This document shows positions 36,111 through 46,806 of a DNA stretch of 64,000 nt, piece by piece (position 1 is the first letter of the stretch; every line of letters begins with the position of its first letter). Location: contig DHVB01000062.1 of NCBI GenBank assembly GCA_002412425.1, positions 1,815-65,814 on the forward strand, given 5' to 3'. Both the position numbers and the translations under genes were made by a program. Under the pieces are notes generated by a model, which did not search any database, had not been told where the DNA came from, and saw only the letters and a list, made by a program, of their open reading frames with translations. Source of the DNA: Bacteroidales bacterium UBA5219 (GTDB lineage Bacteria > Bacteroidota > Bacteroidia > Bacteroidales > ML635J-15).

Positions 36111-36722
36111 TTAATTTTCTACTATTTCTGGATTGTCTGCTGAAGGAACATGAGCAGTTAATTTACCGTAGAAAAATGCTGTAGCTCCCAATAAAATAGG
36201 CATAAACAAAACAAAAGCGATAACACCCAAGATTGGAGTTATAAAGCCTAAAATCAAAAATACAATCCAAATAACTACAAAAAGTACTAAATGAGTAAAA
36301 AACATTTTCCATTTATATCCATAAGTACATTTGTTGCTAAGACTTATTGCTTCGCTAGGATTTATTCCTTTATCAACAACAAATAAAGTTGCGAAAGAGA
36401 AAGCATATTGAAGAACTAAACCTGGAAAATACATAAATAAAAAAGCTGGGAACATTATAATAGACTTTAAACCTGTAACGAGGAAGAACTCTCCCATGTA
36501 CTTGCGATACTTACTAGCAAAAATTTCTGTAGGAGAAATTATAGCTCCTCTACTCATTTTTGCAGGCAAAGTAATCATACCTATTGTAGTTCCAACATTT
36601 AGATAAGGAATCCAAATGGTTAATCCCCAAAGAATTACCGCACCTATTAACGATAAAAAATTTTTCAAACCAAGCTTTATTGATTCAATAATAGCTTCTT
36701 TTACTGTAAAATTTGCTTCCAT
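36111..36722 (-). CDS. Hypothetical integral membrane protein
   Basis: 203 aa with about 5-6 hydrophobic helices and no enzymatic motifs. Confidence 0.7.
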   Translation of the reverse strand: MEANFTVKEAIIESIKLGLKNFLSLIGAVILWGLTIWIPYLNVGTTIGMITLPAKMSRGAIISPTEIFASKYRKYMGEFFLVTGLKSIIMFPAFLFMYFPGLVLQYAFSFATLFVVDKGINPSEAISLSNKCTYGYKWKMFFTHLVLFVVIWIVFLILGFITPILGVIAFVLFMPILLGATAFFYGKLTAHVPSADNPEIVEN

Positions 36723-36999
36723 AATTTTTAGTATTTTAATTAAACTTAATGATAATAATTATCCAAAAATAATAAATAATATTCAAATTCTAGCAATAAT
36801 TTATTAACATTATGTTAATAACATGGTTTTATTAATTAAAATAGACATTCCTTTTTTACTGTACTATGTGCTATATAAGCGAGTTAGCAAAAATTATAAT
36901 CTAATAAATACGACATAAACATTTTTAAAAAGTTTATGTGATTTTGATATTTTTACATTAAATACGCAACTTTGCTATCAAAATAAAACAGGAATTTCT

Positions 37000-37007
37000 T
37001 ATTTTTG
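37000..37007 (+). promoter_or_regulatory. -7 promoter box TATTTTTG
   Basis: TAnnTTTG match 43 nt upstream of the ATG at 37051. Confidence 0.4.
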
Positions 37008-37050
37008 CCCAACACACCTACCAATTGGTAGGATTTTTAAAAATATTTTT

Positions 37051-37560
37051 ATGAAAATTGGCCTTCTTTCAGATACTCATGGATATTTAGACAAAGAAAT
37101 TTTAGATTTTTTTGCAGAATGTGATGAAATTTGGCATGCCGGCGATATTGGTTCTGAACAAATTTTAGATGATTTAGAAAAATTTAAACCAACAAAAGCC
37201 GTTTGGGGAAATATTGATGGCACTAAAATCAGAGCTAGAACTAAAGAATTTTTAAATTTTGTTTGCGAAGGACAAAAAGTGCTAATAACACATATTGGAG
37301 GCTATCCTGGGAAATATGCTCCTAACATTAAAAACTTGCTATTAGATATAAAACCCGATATTTTTATTGCTGGTCATTCCCATATTTTAAAAGTAATTTA
37401 TGATAATAATCTGAAACTTTTACACCTAAATCCTGGTGCGGCAGGAAACACAGGCTGGCATAAATTTATCACAGCAATAAGATTTGAAATTGAAAACAAT
37501 ACCGTTAATCCTAACGAAGTAATTAAAAACATTGATATTTTTGAGAAAAAAAGAAGTTAA
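37051..37560 (+). CDS. Metallophosphoesterase, YfcE/MJ0936 family
   Basis: Motifs LSDTHG, HAGDIG, GNIDG and GHSH in the canonical order. 169 aa. Confidence 0.85.
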   Translation: MKIGLLSDTHGYLDKEILDFFAECDEIWHAGDIGSEQILDDLEKFKPTKAVWGNIDGTKIRARTKEFLNFVCEGQKVLITHIGGYPGKYAPNIKNLLLDIKPDIFIAGHSHILKVIYDNNLKLLHLNPGAAGNTGWHKFITAIRFEIENNTVNPNEVIKNIDIFEKKRS

Positions 37561-37661
37561 AAACACTCTATAATCAACTTCACTAATCTCAATAAAAAAC
37601 CTTTGACTACGCCAAAACTGAAAAATAAATATGAAACAATGATAATATTCTATTTTTTATA

Positions 37662-37669
37662 TATTTTTG
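37662..37669 (+). promoter_or_regulatory. -7 promoter box TATTTTTG
   Basis: TAnnTTTG match only 6 nt upstream of the ATG at 37676. Confidence 0.4.
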
Positions 37670-37675
37670 TTTTGT

Positions 37676-38449
37676 ATGAAACAAGTTTCTAAGTCGAAAA
37701 TATCATTTATTAATTCTTTAAAACTTAAAAAGTATAGAATTAAGGAAAAACTTTTTGTTGTTGAAGGTGAAAAAATTGTGAGCGAAGTTTTAAAATCAAA
37801 TTTAGATATAAAATTAATTTGTGGTTCGCCAGAATACTTAGAAAAAAATGAATATGACTTAGAAAAATTTCAGGATTTAGTTTTTGAAGCCAAACCTGAA
37901 GAAATGAAAAAGATAAGCAGTTTTGTTACTCCTTCTAATGTGTTGGCTATAGTTTCAATGCCGGAATCTCGTAATATTTTATATAAAAATGAAGATTTAT
38001 ATCTAGCTTTAGATGAAATTCAAGACCCGGGAAATTTGGGAACAATTATTCGTATTTGCGATTGGTTTGGAATAAAAAATTTAATTTGTTCTCTCAATTC
38101 TGCAGATTTATACTCTCCAAAAACTTTACAAGCTACAATGGGAGCTTTTTTAAGGGTTAATGTTATTTATGCCAATATTGCTGAAGAAATTGTTAAATTT
38201 AAAAACAATACCAAAAACCATGTGTTTGGAACTTTTTTAAATGGCGAAAATATTTACAAATCATCGTTGCCAAAAGCAGGATTTATTATTATGGGCAACG
38301 AAGGAAAAGGCATAAATAAAAATTTAGAAGCTATGGTTGACAAAAAACTTTTTATTCCAAGTTTTTCTGAATTAGATATACATGCCGAATCTTTAAATGT
38401 ATCTGTTGCAAGTGCAATTATTTGTTCCGAATTTAGAAGAAATTTATGA
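37676..38449 (+). CDS. TrmH/SpoU-family RNA 2'-O-methyltransferase
   Basis: The start is placed at the ATG 37676 (the listed start is the TTG at 37667). SpoU motifs: LDEIQDPGNLGTIIR, IMGNEGKGI, LNVSVASAI. Confidence 0.85.
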   Translation: MKQVSKSKISFINSLKLKKYRIKEKLFVVEGEKIVSEVLKSNLDIKLICGSPEYLEKNEYDLEKFQDLVFEAKPEEMKKISSFVTPSNVLAIVSMPESRNILYKNEDLYLALDEIQDPGNLGTIIRICDWFGIKNLICSLNSADLYSPKTLQATMGAFLRVNVIYANIAEEIVKFKNNTKNHVFGTFLNGENIYKSSLPKAGFIIMGNEGKGINKNLEAMVDKKLFIPSFSELDIHAESLNVSVASAIICSEFRRNL

Positions 38450-39135
38450 TAAAACATTCTAAAATATTTTTTACCTGCATAGCTCTAAGTCTTGTTGTTA
38501 GTACTACAAATGCTCAAGAAGTGGCTGTTACAAATGATATTGGCTCATGGTTGACAGCAGGTTTCGAGAAAAAGTTATATAAAGGTTTCAAACTAGAATT
38601 TGAACAAGAATTAAGATTGTTTAAAAATTTCACAAAAATTGATGATATAATCTCCAATATTGAATTTTCTTATAAAATAAATAAAAAATTTTCGATAGCC
38701 GCAGGGGGAAGATACACTTACGACATGGATTATTTAAACAATTTTCAACACGATTTAAGATATAATCTTGACTTTTCATATCAGATAAAACTTAGTTCTG
38801 TTATTAGACTTGGTTACAGATTGCGTTATCAAAATGAATATTTGAATTGCTTTAGAAGCCGAGAAATTGATAACTTGCAAGAAATTAAGTTTAGGAATAG
38901 GATAAAACTTGAATACTATCACAAACAAGCTAATAAATTTTATTTTTCAGCTGAAATTTTCAGACTGCATAAAATTTTTAGATTACCATATTTTAGTAAA
39001 ATTAGACTTTTTATAGGTGATAAATATAGTTTTGGAAAACATAGTTTAGACATATCGCTTGGCTTTCACCATTTTTTAAAAAAAGAATCCCCAGCTAAAC
39101 TTGGTGTTTTATCATTAAAATATAGTTTTAATTAA
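38446..39135 (+). CDS. Putative outer-membrane protein (DUF2490-like)
   Basis: Signal peptide. Repeated aromatic-rich beta-strand pattern (RYNLDFSYQI, RNRIKLEYY). The family call comes from memory only. Confidence 0.55.
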   Translation: MIKHSKIFFTCIALSLVVSTTNAQEVAVTNDIGSWLTAGFEKKLYKGFKLEFEQELRLFKNFTKIDDIISNIEFSYKINKKFSIAAGGRYTYDMDYLNNFQHDLRYNLDFSYQIKLSSVIRLGYRLRYQNEYLNCFRSREIDNLQEIKFRNRIKLEYYHKQANKFYFSAEIFRLHKIFRLPYFSKIRLFIGDKYSFGKHSLDISLGFHHFLKKESPAKLGVLSLKYSFN

Positions 39136-39210
39136 AAATTTCTACTTTTCAACAGCATGAATTTAATAAACTATCAACTACTTACTATATGTTTTCTAAT
39201 TTTATTTATT

Positions 39211-39218
39211 TACTTTTG
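39211..39218 (+). promoter_or_regulatory. -7 promoter box TACTTTTG upstream of dxs
   Basis: TAnnTTTG match with an 8-nt gap to the ATG at 39227. Confidence 0.45.
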
Positions 39219-39226
39219 CATTAACT

Positions 39227-41131
39227 ATGATTGATGATAAAAAATATCAACTTTTGAAAGACATTAATTCGCCTGATGATTTAAAAAAAATCGACTTAAG
39301 TGAATTACCAACTGTTTGTGAAGAGTTAAGAAATTTTATCATTGAATCAGCATCAAAAAATCCTGGTCATTTTGGAGCAAGTTTAGGAGTAGTTGAATTA
39401 ACAGTTGCATTGCATTACGCATACAACACACCTGTTGATCAATTGGTTTGGGACGTTGGTCATCAAGCTTATGGACATAAAATTTTAACTGGAAGAAGAG
39501 ATTTATTTCACACAAACAGGGCTTATGGTGGCATTAGTGGATTTCCAAGTCCCAAAGAAAGCGAATATGACAATTTCGGCGTAGGACATGCATCTACAAG
39601 CATTTCGGCTGCGTTAGGAATTGCAAAAGCAGCAAATTTACAAGGCGAAAAAATAAACACTGTTGCAATAATTGGCGATGGTTCTTTAACTGGAGGAATT
39701 GCTTTTGAAGGCTTAAATAACCTAGGTGCGTCTGGCGAAAATGTTTTAATTGTCCTAAACGATAATAAAATTGCAATTGACGAAAACCGTGGGGCACTCA
39801 AAGAATATTTAACAGATATTGCTACTTCCAAAACTTATAATAAAGTTAAAGACGATGTTTGGTATTTCTTGGGCAGGCTTAATCGTTTGGGTTCAAATGT
39901 TCAGTCTTTTTCACAAAAAATTGATAATGCGATAAAATCTATTGTTTTAAAAAACAGCAATTTATTTGAATCTTTAAACATTAGATATTTTGGACCTGTT
40001 GATGGACATGATGTTGTTTTATTAGTAAAACTATTTGAAGACATCAAAAATATTCCAGGACCAAAGCTATTGCATATTATCACTAAAAAAGGTAAAGGAT
40101 TTAAGGCTGCTGAAGAAAATCAAACATTATGGCATGCTGCACCCGGTAAATTTGACATTACAACAGGCAAACTTACCGACACTAGTCATTGCGAAAACGA
40201 ACCTCAAAAATTTCAAGATATTTTTGGAGATGCTATTATTGAATTAGCAAAAGCAAACCCAAAAATTTGTGCAATTACTCCAGCTATGATAAGTGGTTCT
40301 TCTTTGTGCAAAATGTTTGAAGAATTTCCTGAACGAAGTTTTGATGTTGGTATTTCAGAACAACATGCTGTTACTTTTGCTGCTGGCTTAGCAATAAAAG
40401 GAATGCTACCTTTTTGCAATATTTATAGTTCGTTTATGCAAAGAGCATACGACCAAGTAATTCACGATGTGGCTTTACAAAATTTAAAAGTAATATTTTG
40501 TTTAGACAGAGCTGGCTTGGTTGGACAAGATGGACCTACCCACCACGGCAGTTTCGACTTATCATATATGCGTTGTGTCCCAAACTTAGTTATTGCAGCT
40601 CCTAGAGATGAATTTCAACTTAGAAATTTAATGTTTACCTTACAATTAGAAAAACATAATTTTCCATCTGTAATTAGGTATCCACGTGGTAAATCTACAC
40701 AAGCAAAATCTAAAATTGAATTTAAAGAAATTGAAATTGGAAAAGGAGAAAAAATTAAAGATGGAAAAGATATTGCAATACTTAGTATTGGCACTCCTGG
40801 AAATACTGCAATAAAGCTAGCTAACGATTTAGAAGAAGAAAATTTAAACATTGCTGTTTTTGATATGATTTTTGTAAAACCTCTTGACAATAAACTATTA
40901 ACAGAAATATTTAACAATTATAAACATATCATAACTATTGAAGACAACAGTATTATTGGTGGATTTGGCTCTGCAATATCTGAATTTATGGTTGACAACA
41001 AATTTAATTCAAAAATATATCGCTTTGGTATTCCTGACAGATTTATTTCTCATGGAAGCCAACAACAATTAATAGAAGAATGTGAGTTCGATTATAATAC
41101 CCTAAAATTATTTATTAAAAATTTAAATTAA
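39227..41131 (+). CDS. dxs: 1-deoxy-D-xylulose-5-phosphate synthase
   Basis: HFGASLGVVELTVALHY, VWDVGHQAYGHKILTGRR and GDGSLTGG (TPP-binding) motifs. 634 aa. Confidence 0.95.
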   Translation: MIDDKKYQLLKDINSPDDLKKIDLSELPTVCEELRNFIIESASKNPGHFGASLGVVELTVALHYAYNTPVDQLVWDVGHQAYGHKILTGRRDLFHTNRAYGGISGFPSPKESEYDNFGVGHASTSISAALGIAKAANLQGEKINTVAIIGDGSLTGGIAFEGLNNLGASGENVLIVLNDNKIAIDENRGALKEYLTDIATSKTYNKVKDDVWYFLGRLNRLGSNVQSFSQKIDNAIKSIVLKNSNLFESLNIRYFGPVDGHDVVLLVKLFEDIKNIPGPKLLHIITKKGKGFKAAEENQTLWHAAPGKFDITTGKLTDTSHCENEPQKFQDIFGDAIIELAKANPKICAITPAMISGSSLCKMFEEFPERSFDVGISEQHAVTFAAGLAIKGMLPFCNIYSSFMQRAYDQVIHDVALQNLKVIFCLDRAGLVGQDGPTHHGSFDLSYMRCVPNLVIAAPRDEFQLRNLMFTLQLEKHNFPSVIRYPRGKSTQAKSKIEFKEIEIGKGEKIKDGKDIAILSIGTPGNTAIKLANDLEEENLNIAVFDMIFVKPLDNKLLTEIFNNYKHIITIEDNSIIGGFGSAISEFMVDNKFNSKIYRFGIPDRFISHGSQQQLIEECEFDYNTLKLFIKNLN

Positions 41132-41138
41132 TTTTTTT

Positions 41139-43775
41139 ATGAATATGCAAAAGACAGTATTTCTTTCTTTACTAATGCTTGTTAACGTTCTAGCACACAC
41201 TCAAGAATTAAAACCTGATAGAACTAGCATTAATTATTTTTATGATGCTGAAGCATTTATGTACGAAGGTAATTACGATGAAGCCTTAGACTTGTTGTTA
41301 AAATTAGATAACATAAGTCCTGACAACCCAAACATTTGGTATAAAATAGGCGTATGTTACTTAAATACAAGACTTTACAAAACACAGGCTCTTGAGTATT
41401 TAAAAAAAGCATCAAACTACACTTCGCCAAATTATAAAGAAAATAACCATAAAGAAAAAAATACACCTTTAGAATCTTATTTATATTTAGGAATTGCTTA
41501 TAGGGTAAATTACATGTTTCAGGAAAGTCTCGATAGCTTTGATAAGCTTAAAGGCATGCTTAGTCCTTCAAAAACAGAAGACAAGGCTCTATTAAAAATA
41601 ATAAAAAGAGAAATTGAAATTACAGAAAACGCAATTTATAATGTTGCAAACCCAATAAAAGCTGAATTAATCAACTTAGGAGAGGTTATCAATTCTGAAT
41701 TTACCGATCACTCCCCTATTGTTGATTTATATGAAAATTACTTAATCTTTACATCTAGGCGACCACGCGAAGGACAAGAAATGAAAAATCAAGATGAAGA
41801 TATTTTTATTTCTAAAAAAGTTAATAATAAGTGGGAAACTCCTATTAGATTAGGAGAACCTGTTAATACAATTGATAACAATGAAGCTGCAATTGGATTG
41901 TCTATAGATTCTAAACAGTTATTCTTTTACAGGTCGGGAGAAAATAACTCTGGCAGTATTTTTATAACAGAAAGTGATGATATGTATAATTGGTCAACTC
42001 CAACTTTGCTAAAAGAAAATGTGAACTCAAGATTTAAGGAAACTCATGCTACAATTAGCCCAGATGGAAATGCTATATTTTTTACTAGTAACAGAAAAGG
42101 AGGATTTGGTGGTTTAGATATATATGTTATGAGGAAGTTACCAAACGGAAAATGGAGCGAAGCTTTGCCTTTACCCAAACAAATTAACACAGAATATGAT
42201 GAAGAATCTCCTTTTATTCACCCTGACGGCATTACTTTGTATTTTAGTTCCAAAGGACACAATTCTATGGGAGTTTATGACGTGTTTTCATCTATTATGA
42301 GCAGGAATGGCAAATTTACAGAACCTGTAAATATTGGATACCCAATAAATACGCCAGACGATGATGTTTCTTATGTTGTAAATCTTGATGGACAAAAAGG
42401 CTATATAGCAACAATAAAAGCTGATGACGGTTATGGAGACTTAGATTTGTACGAAATATTACAAGAAGATGTTCATAAAAACAATATAATTATTTATGAA
42501 GGAATTATTGCTGATAAAAATAATAATCTCACTGAAAATGTAACCATAACTTTAAAAAATAAAGATTCTAATGAAGAACCAAAAGTATCTCGTTTAAATC
42601 AAAATAATTCAAAATATGTATTAACTATGATTCCAGACAACACTTATGAAATTATTTATCAAATACACGGACATACCATTCGTTCTATTGATTACACTCC
42701 AACTATAGATGAATTAACACAACAAACAAAACTATATAACCCAATAGAATTAGACCCTATTATTTTAAGTTCGTTTTATAATCATGCATATGTATATTTT
42801 GATGAAAACGATAATAACTTAAATGATGATGCTATAAGTTTACTTGATAAAGTGATTGAAAAGTATGTAGAATTTGAAGCTAAAAACGAAAAACTTGCAA
42901 TAAATATTGTTACACCAAAACAAGACGCAAATCCATTATATGATGAAAAACGTTCAAAAGAAATTTTTGAATATTTAAGCAAAAACAATATAGCTAAAAA
43001 CGATATATACAGCGATGGTGTATTTGATAATAACTCAACCAATATTTATGGATTAGAAATTGTTGAAAACAAAAAATTGCTAGCTATCGAAGAAAAAGAA
43101 GAAGTTATAGTAGATAAAGCAATACTTAAAGTTGAAAATATTTTATTTGATTTTGATAAATACAATATAAAACCTGAATATTTTGATAATTTAGATTTAC
43201 TAGCAAATTACTTAAATGATAATCCTACTGCCAAAATTGAAATCGGCGGACATACCGACTGGTTAGGTACTAGCGAGTATAATTATTTACTTTCTTATCA
43301 TCGTTCAAAAGCAGTAAAGGATTATTTAGTTGCAAAAGGTAATAATGCTGAAAACATTATAACTGCAAAATATGGTAAACACACTCCTATAGCTGCCAAT
43401 CAAACTCCAGATGGTCGTGATAATCCGACTGGTAGAAAATACAATAGAAGAGCAGAATTTAAAGTGCTAGTTCAAGGTAATAAAACAATATTAGAAATTC
43501 TCCCAATAGTAATTGAAGAAGGCGATTATATTGATATTTCTAAAACTCCTTCAAATAAAAAATATACTGTTCAAATATATGCTTTGAAAAATCAAAAAGC
43601 ACTTGAAACCTTCTCTGAATTGGTTGGTGTAAAAATGCATGTTTCTAGTGACGGTTGGTATAGATATTATGTTGGCGAATACACTTCATACAAAATGGCG
43701 GTTGAAGCTGCTACAAACCTAAAATCTATGGGTTATGATACATTAATAAGAAAACTTAGCTTTTATGAAGAGTAG
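41139..43775 (+). CDS. OmpA-family protein with TPR, TolB-like beta-propeller repeats and a C-terminal SPOR-like domain
   Basis: Signal peptide. WD40-like/TolB repeats (SPDGNAIFFTSNR, HPDGITLYFSS). OmpA_C motif (FDFDKYNI...GHTDWLGTSEYNYLLSYHRSKAV...NRRAEF). The terminal YTVQIYALKN...GWYRYYVGEY is SPOR-like. Confidence 0.85.
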   Translation: MNMQKTVFLSLLMLVNVLAHTQELKPDRTSINYFYDAEAFMYEGNYDEALDLLLKLDNISPDNPNIWYKIGVCYLNTRLYKTQALEYLKKASNYTSPNYKENNHKEKNTPLESYLYLGIAYRVNYMFQESLDSFDKLKGMLSPSKTEDKALLKIIKREIEITENAIYNVANPIKAELINLGEVINSEFTDHSPIVDLYENYLIFTSRRPREGQEMKNQDEDIFISKKVNNKWETPIRLGEPVNTIDNNEAAIGLSIDSKQLFFYRSGENNSGSIFITESDDMYNWSTPTLLKENVNSRFKETHATISPDGNAIFFTSNRKGGFGGLDIYVMRKLPNGKWSEALPLPKQINTEYDEESPFIHPDGITLYFSSKGHNSMGVYDVFSSIMSRNGKFTEPVNIGYPINTPDDDVSYVVNLDGQKGYIATIKADDGYGDLDLYEILQEDVHKNNIIIYEGIIADKNNNLTENVTITLKNKDSNEEPKVSRLNQNNSKYVLTMIPDNTYEIIYQIHGHTIRSIDYTPTIDELTQQTKLYNPIELDPIILSSFYNHAYVYFDENDNNLNDDAISLLDKVIEKYVEFEAKNEKLAINIVTPKQDANPLYDEKRSKEIFEYLSKNNIAKNDIYSDGVFDNNSTNIYGLEIVENKKLLAIEEKEEVIVDKAILKVENILFDFDKYNIKPEYFDNLDLLANYLNDNPTAKIEIGGHTDWLGTSEYNYLLSYHRSKAVKDYLVAKGNNAENIITAKYGKHTPIAANQTPDGRDNPTGRKYNRRAEFKVLVQGNKTILEILPIVIEEGDYIDISKTPSNKKYTVQIYALKNQKALETFSELVGVKMHVSSDGWYRYYVGEYTSYKMAVEAATNLKSMGYDTLIRKLSFYEE

Positions 43776-43820
43776 TGGGATAAAGAATATAATAAAAAAG
43801 TAAAGTTGGAATAGGAATAA

Positions 43821-45761
43821 CTACAAAATCACCCTCCCCTGCATATTAGATAAATCTTTTAAAATGCCTTTTATTTTTTTAAAATCTTCTAATGTGCTTT
43901 GGAGTTCTTCGTCATTTTTGCTTTCCGTAAGTAATTTTATTTTATTTTTCACATTAGTTTCGAACTCTTTAGCAATTTTTAATTTATATTTTATAAAAAC
44001 ATCTTCTAATATTTCTTGCAATCGCTTTTCTTCTTTAAGAATTGGCGAGCCTCTTTTTTCCCATATTGGACTAAGTTCATATTTTGACGAACATAAATTT
44101 ACAGAAACCTGACTAATTTCAGGGTCTAAATTATGAGTAAATAATTCTATTTTTATAGGTTCATCATTGTTTATCAATTCTTCAGCAAAAAGAAATATTT
44201 TTTTATTTATTACATTTTTAAATTCCAATCCTTCGCTTCTAAGCTCGTTTATAATAAATTGAGCAACACTTATTTCTAATTCTGTTTCGGTTGCACCATC
44301 TTTTATGTCTATGATATTATTGCCATATAACAACAATAATCTAATAATTTCTTTTTCTTGTGATTCGAAATAAATACCCTCAAACGAATCGGGTAAACTA
44401 GGTGTAAGCTTTACTGGTTGAGAATATCTATATTCTTGTTTTTTAATGCTTTCGATTTTTGATCTTCTAATCTTTAAAACTTCGGCATACAAAACACTTT
44501 GGTCAACATCTAAAATCTTGCTACACTCTTGAATATAAATAGATTGCTTAATGTTGTCGTTGATAATTGCAATAGACCTAACAATATCTGTAATTAAAGA
44601 AGCTCGTTTTATTGGGTCATTTTTAGCCTCATCAAACAGTAAATTTGCCTTAAATGAAATAAAATCTGTTTCATTTTTTTCGATATATTCAATAGTTTTA
44701 GAGCTTCCATGTTTTTTAGCGTAAGAATCGGGATCTTCTCCTTCTGGGAAAAGTACAATTCTAACATTTAAACCTTGCTCTAAAATCATATCTATGGCTC
44801 TTAGGGAGGCTTTTATTCCTGCTAGGTCTCCGTCATAAAGAATGGTAATATCATCTGCAAACCTATGTATTTGTCGTATTTGGTCTTCGGTTAATGAGGT
44901 TCCTGATGAAGAAACAACATTTTTTATTCCAGTCATAAACAAGGATATAACATCCATATAACCTTCTACCAAATAGCATTTTTTATTTTGCTTAATTATT
45001 TCATTTTTTGCATGAAATAAACCATATACAACTTTACTTTTATTATAAACTAAAGATTCTGGTGAATTTAGATATTTTGCTGTTTTTTTATCATTGCTCA
45101 AAGTTCTTGCACCAAAGCCTACTACTTGTCCTGCGATACTTAAAATTGGGAACATTACCCTTGCTGCAAACCTATCGAAATAGTAATTTTCTTTAAAAAA
45201 GCTTAGTCCTGTTGACTCTAAAAATTCTTTTTTATATCCGTTTTTTAAAGCCCATTCTGTAAAGGCATTTTTTTGCTCAAGACTATAACCCAATCTAAAT
45301 TCTTTTATAACTTGCTCATTAAAACCTCTTTCTTTAAAATAACTTAAACCTATTGATATTCCCTCATCTGAATTAAATAATGTGTTTTCAAAATATTTAC
45401 AAGCAGCTTCGTTTACAATATTCATACTTTCTCTTTCTGTATTGGCACGAATATCTTCTTCGGTCAATTCTTTTTCTTCTATATGAATATTGTATTTTTT
45501 TGCTAAATATCTTAAAGCTTCGGGATAAGAAAGTTGTTCGTGAGCCATAATAAAACTTACGGCATTACCTGCCTTTCCACAGCCAAAACATTTAAAAATT
45601 CCTTTTGATGGACTTACTGTAAACGATGGAGTTTTTTCATTATGAAAAGGACACAAACCTAAATAATTTGCTCCTCTTCTTTTTAAAGATACAAATTCTT
45701 GAATAAGGCTTGTAATCTCAGCTGCATCAATAATTTTCTGAACGGTTACTTGATCAATCAT
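43821..45761 (-). CDS. dnaG: DNA primase
   Basis: Zinc-finger CPFHNEKTPSFTVSPSKGIFKCFGCGKAGN. TOPRIM region EGYMDV...DGDLAG. Confidence 0.95.
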   Translation of the reverse strand: MIDQVTVQKIIDAAEITSLIQEFVSLKRRGANYLGLCPFHNEKTPSFTVSPSKGIFKCFGCGKAGNAVSFIMAHEQLSYPEALRYLAKKYNIHIEEKELTEEDIRANTERESMNIVNEAACKYFENTLFNSDEGISIGLSYFKERGFNEQVIKEFRLGYSLEQKNAFTEWALKNGYKKEFLESTGLSFFKENYYFDRFAARVMFPILSIAGQVVGFGARTLSNDKKTAKYLNSPESLVYNKSKVVYGLFHAKNEIIKQNKKCYLVEGYMDVISLFMTGIKNVVSSSGTSLTEDQIRQIHRFADDITILYDGDLAGIKASLRAIDMILEQGLNVRIVLFPEGEDPDSYAKKHGSSKTIEYIEKNETDFISFKANLLFDEAKNDPIKRASLITDIVRSIAIINDNIKQSIYIQECSKILDVDQSVLYAEVLKIRRSKIESIKKQEYRYSQPVKLTPSLPDSFEGIYFESQEKEIIRLLLLYGNNIIDIKDGATETELEISVAQFIINELRSEGLEFKNVINKKIFLFAEELINNDEPIKIELFTHNLDPEISQVSVNLCSSKYELSPIWEKRGSPILKEEKRLQEILEDVFIKYKLKIAKEFETNVKNKIKLLTESKNDEELQSTLEDFKKIKGILKDLSNMQGRVIL

Positions 45762-45824
45762 GTTTGGTTTTTATTTTTCTCTAAATTAGAAATTATTAAT
45801 AAGATAACAAACCTATAACTTTTG

Positions 45825-46349
45825 TTATTGTAAATAGTTATTCACAATAATGTACCCTGTAGATGCTACATTGCTTTTATTGCCAGCTCTGTCTTTTATG
45901 TAAAATTTATACATTATTGTGTCGTTTTCAAAAGGAAAGGTTTCGTTTAAATCTTTAACAAACATTTCGCCTTGCAAAGCTTCGTCTTGAATGTTTCTTT
46001 TAAACTTAGGCACAAAGTACTCTAATGGTACTTGCATATTAATCAAAACTTCTTGCTTATTTTCAATTTTATATTTTTGTAAAAAGATTGTGTTTTGTCT
46101 GGGGCTAGTTGTATCATAACCTATATCGCCATCTCCATCAACAAAATAAAAATGTAATGTGCCATTTAATACACGATTTTGCAAAATATCAAAAGTATCT
46201 TTAACTATAAAATCAATAAATTCAATATTTGGTTCTTTGGGAAATGTTTGTGGTTTAAAACATGATGAGAATGAGAATAAAAGTAAAAACAAAATAATAG
46301 CAATACCATCATTCTTTCTTTTTCTTCTTATCTCAACTAAATATTTCAT
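45825..46349 (-). CDS. Hypothetical lipoprotein
   Basis: Lipobox-like LLFSFSSC after a charged N-terminus. 174 aa. Confidence 0.65.
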   Translation of the reverse strand: MKYLVEIRRKRKNDGIAIILFLLLFSFSSCFKPQTFPKEPNIEFIDFIVKDTFDILQNRVLNGTLHFYFVDGDGDIGYDTTSPRQNTIFLQKYKIENKQEVLINMQVPLEYFVPKFKRNIQDEALQGEMFVKDLNETFPFENDTIMYKFYIKDRAGNKSNVASTGYIIVNNYLQ

Positions 46350-46417
46350 TACCTATAAAATCTAATAAGCAAAGATAACATAAAATTTATTGTAAAGCAG
46401 ACTTAATAATATAAAAA

Positions 46418-46448
46418 TTGGGGAAAACTAAAATTTAATTTTCCCCAA
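46418..46448 (-). terminator. Rho-independent terminator at the end of the rpoBC-DUF3467 operon
   Basis: Stem TTGGGGAAAA (46418-46427) / TTTTCCCCAA (46439-46448). On the minus strand it is followed by TTTTTAT. Confidence 0.8.
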
Positions 46449-46483
46449 GATCACTCTAAGTTTAATTATTTAATATCACTTAC

Positions 46484-46801
46484 TTATGCTTGAGCTGTTG
46501 GTCCTCCAAAATTCATTGGAATAGGTGTTCCTGGTTTATTGTTACTAATTTTTATTTCGCCATTAATGCTTTCAAATTTAACAACATTTTCTTGCAAAGC
46601 CCCTAATAATCTTTTTGCGTGTTCTGGAGTAAGAATTATTCTAGATTGTACTTTAGCCTTAGGCATTCCTGGCATAATTCTAACAAAATCCAGCACAAAC
46701 TCCGATGAAGAGTGTGTTATTACTGCAAGATTAGAATAAACACCTTGTCCAACCTCTTCGCTTAGTTCAATATTTATTTGATTTTGCTTTTTTTCGTCCA
46801 T
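46484..46801 (-). CDS. DUF3467-family protein
   Basis: 105 aa. GVYSNLAVITHSSSEFVLDFVRIMPGMPKAKVQSRIILTPEHAKRLL fits the family usually found just downstream of rpoC in Bacteroidota (from memory). Confidence 0.75.
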   Translation of the reverse strand: MDEKKQNQINIELSEEVGQGVYSNLAVITHSSSEFVLDFVRIMPGMPKAKVQSRIILTPEHAKRLLGALQENVVKFESINGEIKISNNKPGTPIPMNFGGPTAQA

Positions 46802-46806
46802 AATTT

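Noticed and set aside
36800-37031. AT-rich palindromes in the 36723-37050 gap: TTATTAACAT-T-ATGTTAATAA near 36800, CATAAAC..GTTTATG near 36920, and CCTACCAATTGGTAGG at 37016-37031
   Set aside because: Short palindromes made mostly of A/T are expected by chance in DNA of about 25-30% GC. They are not repeated elsewhere and have no partner features. CCTACC-AATT-GGTAGG in the 5' UTR of the phosphoesterase gene might be an operator, but there is no supporting evidence.
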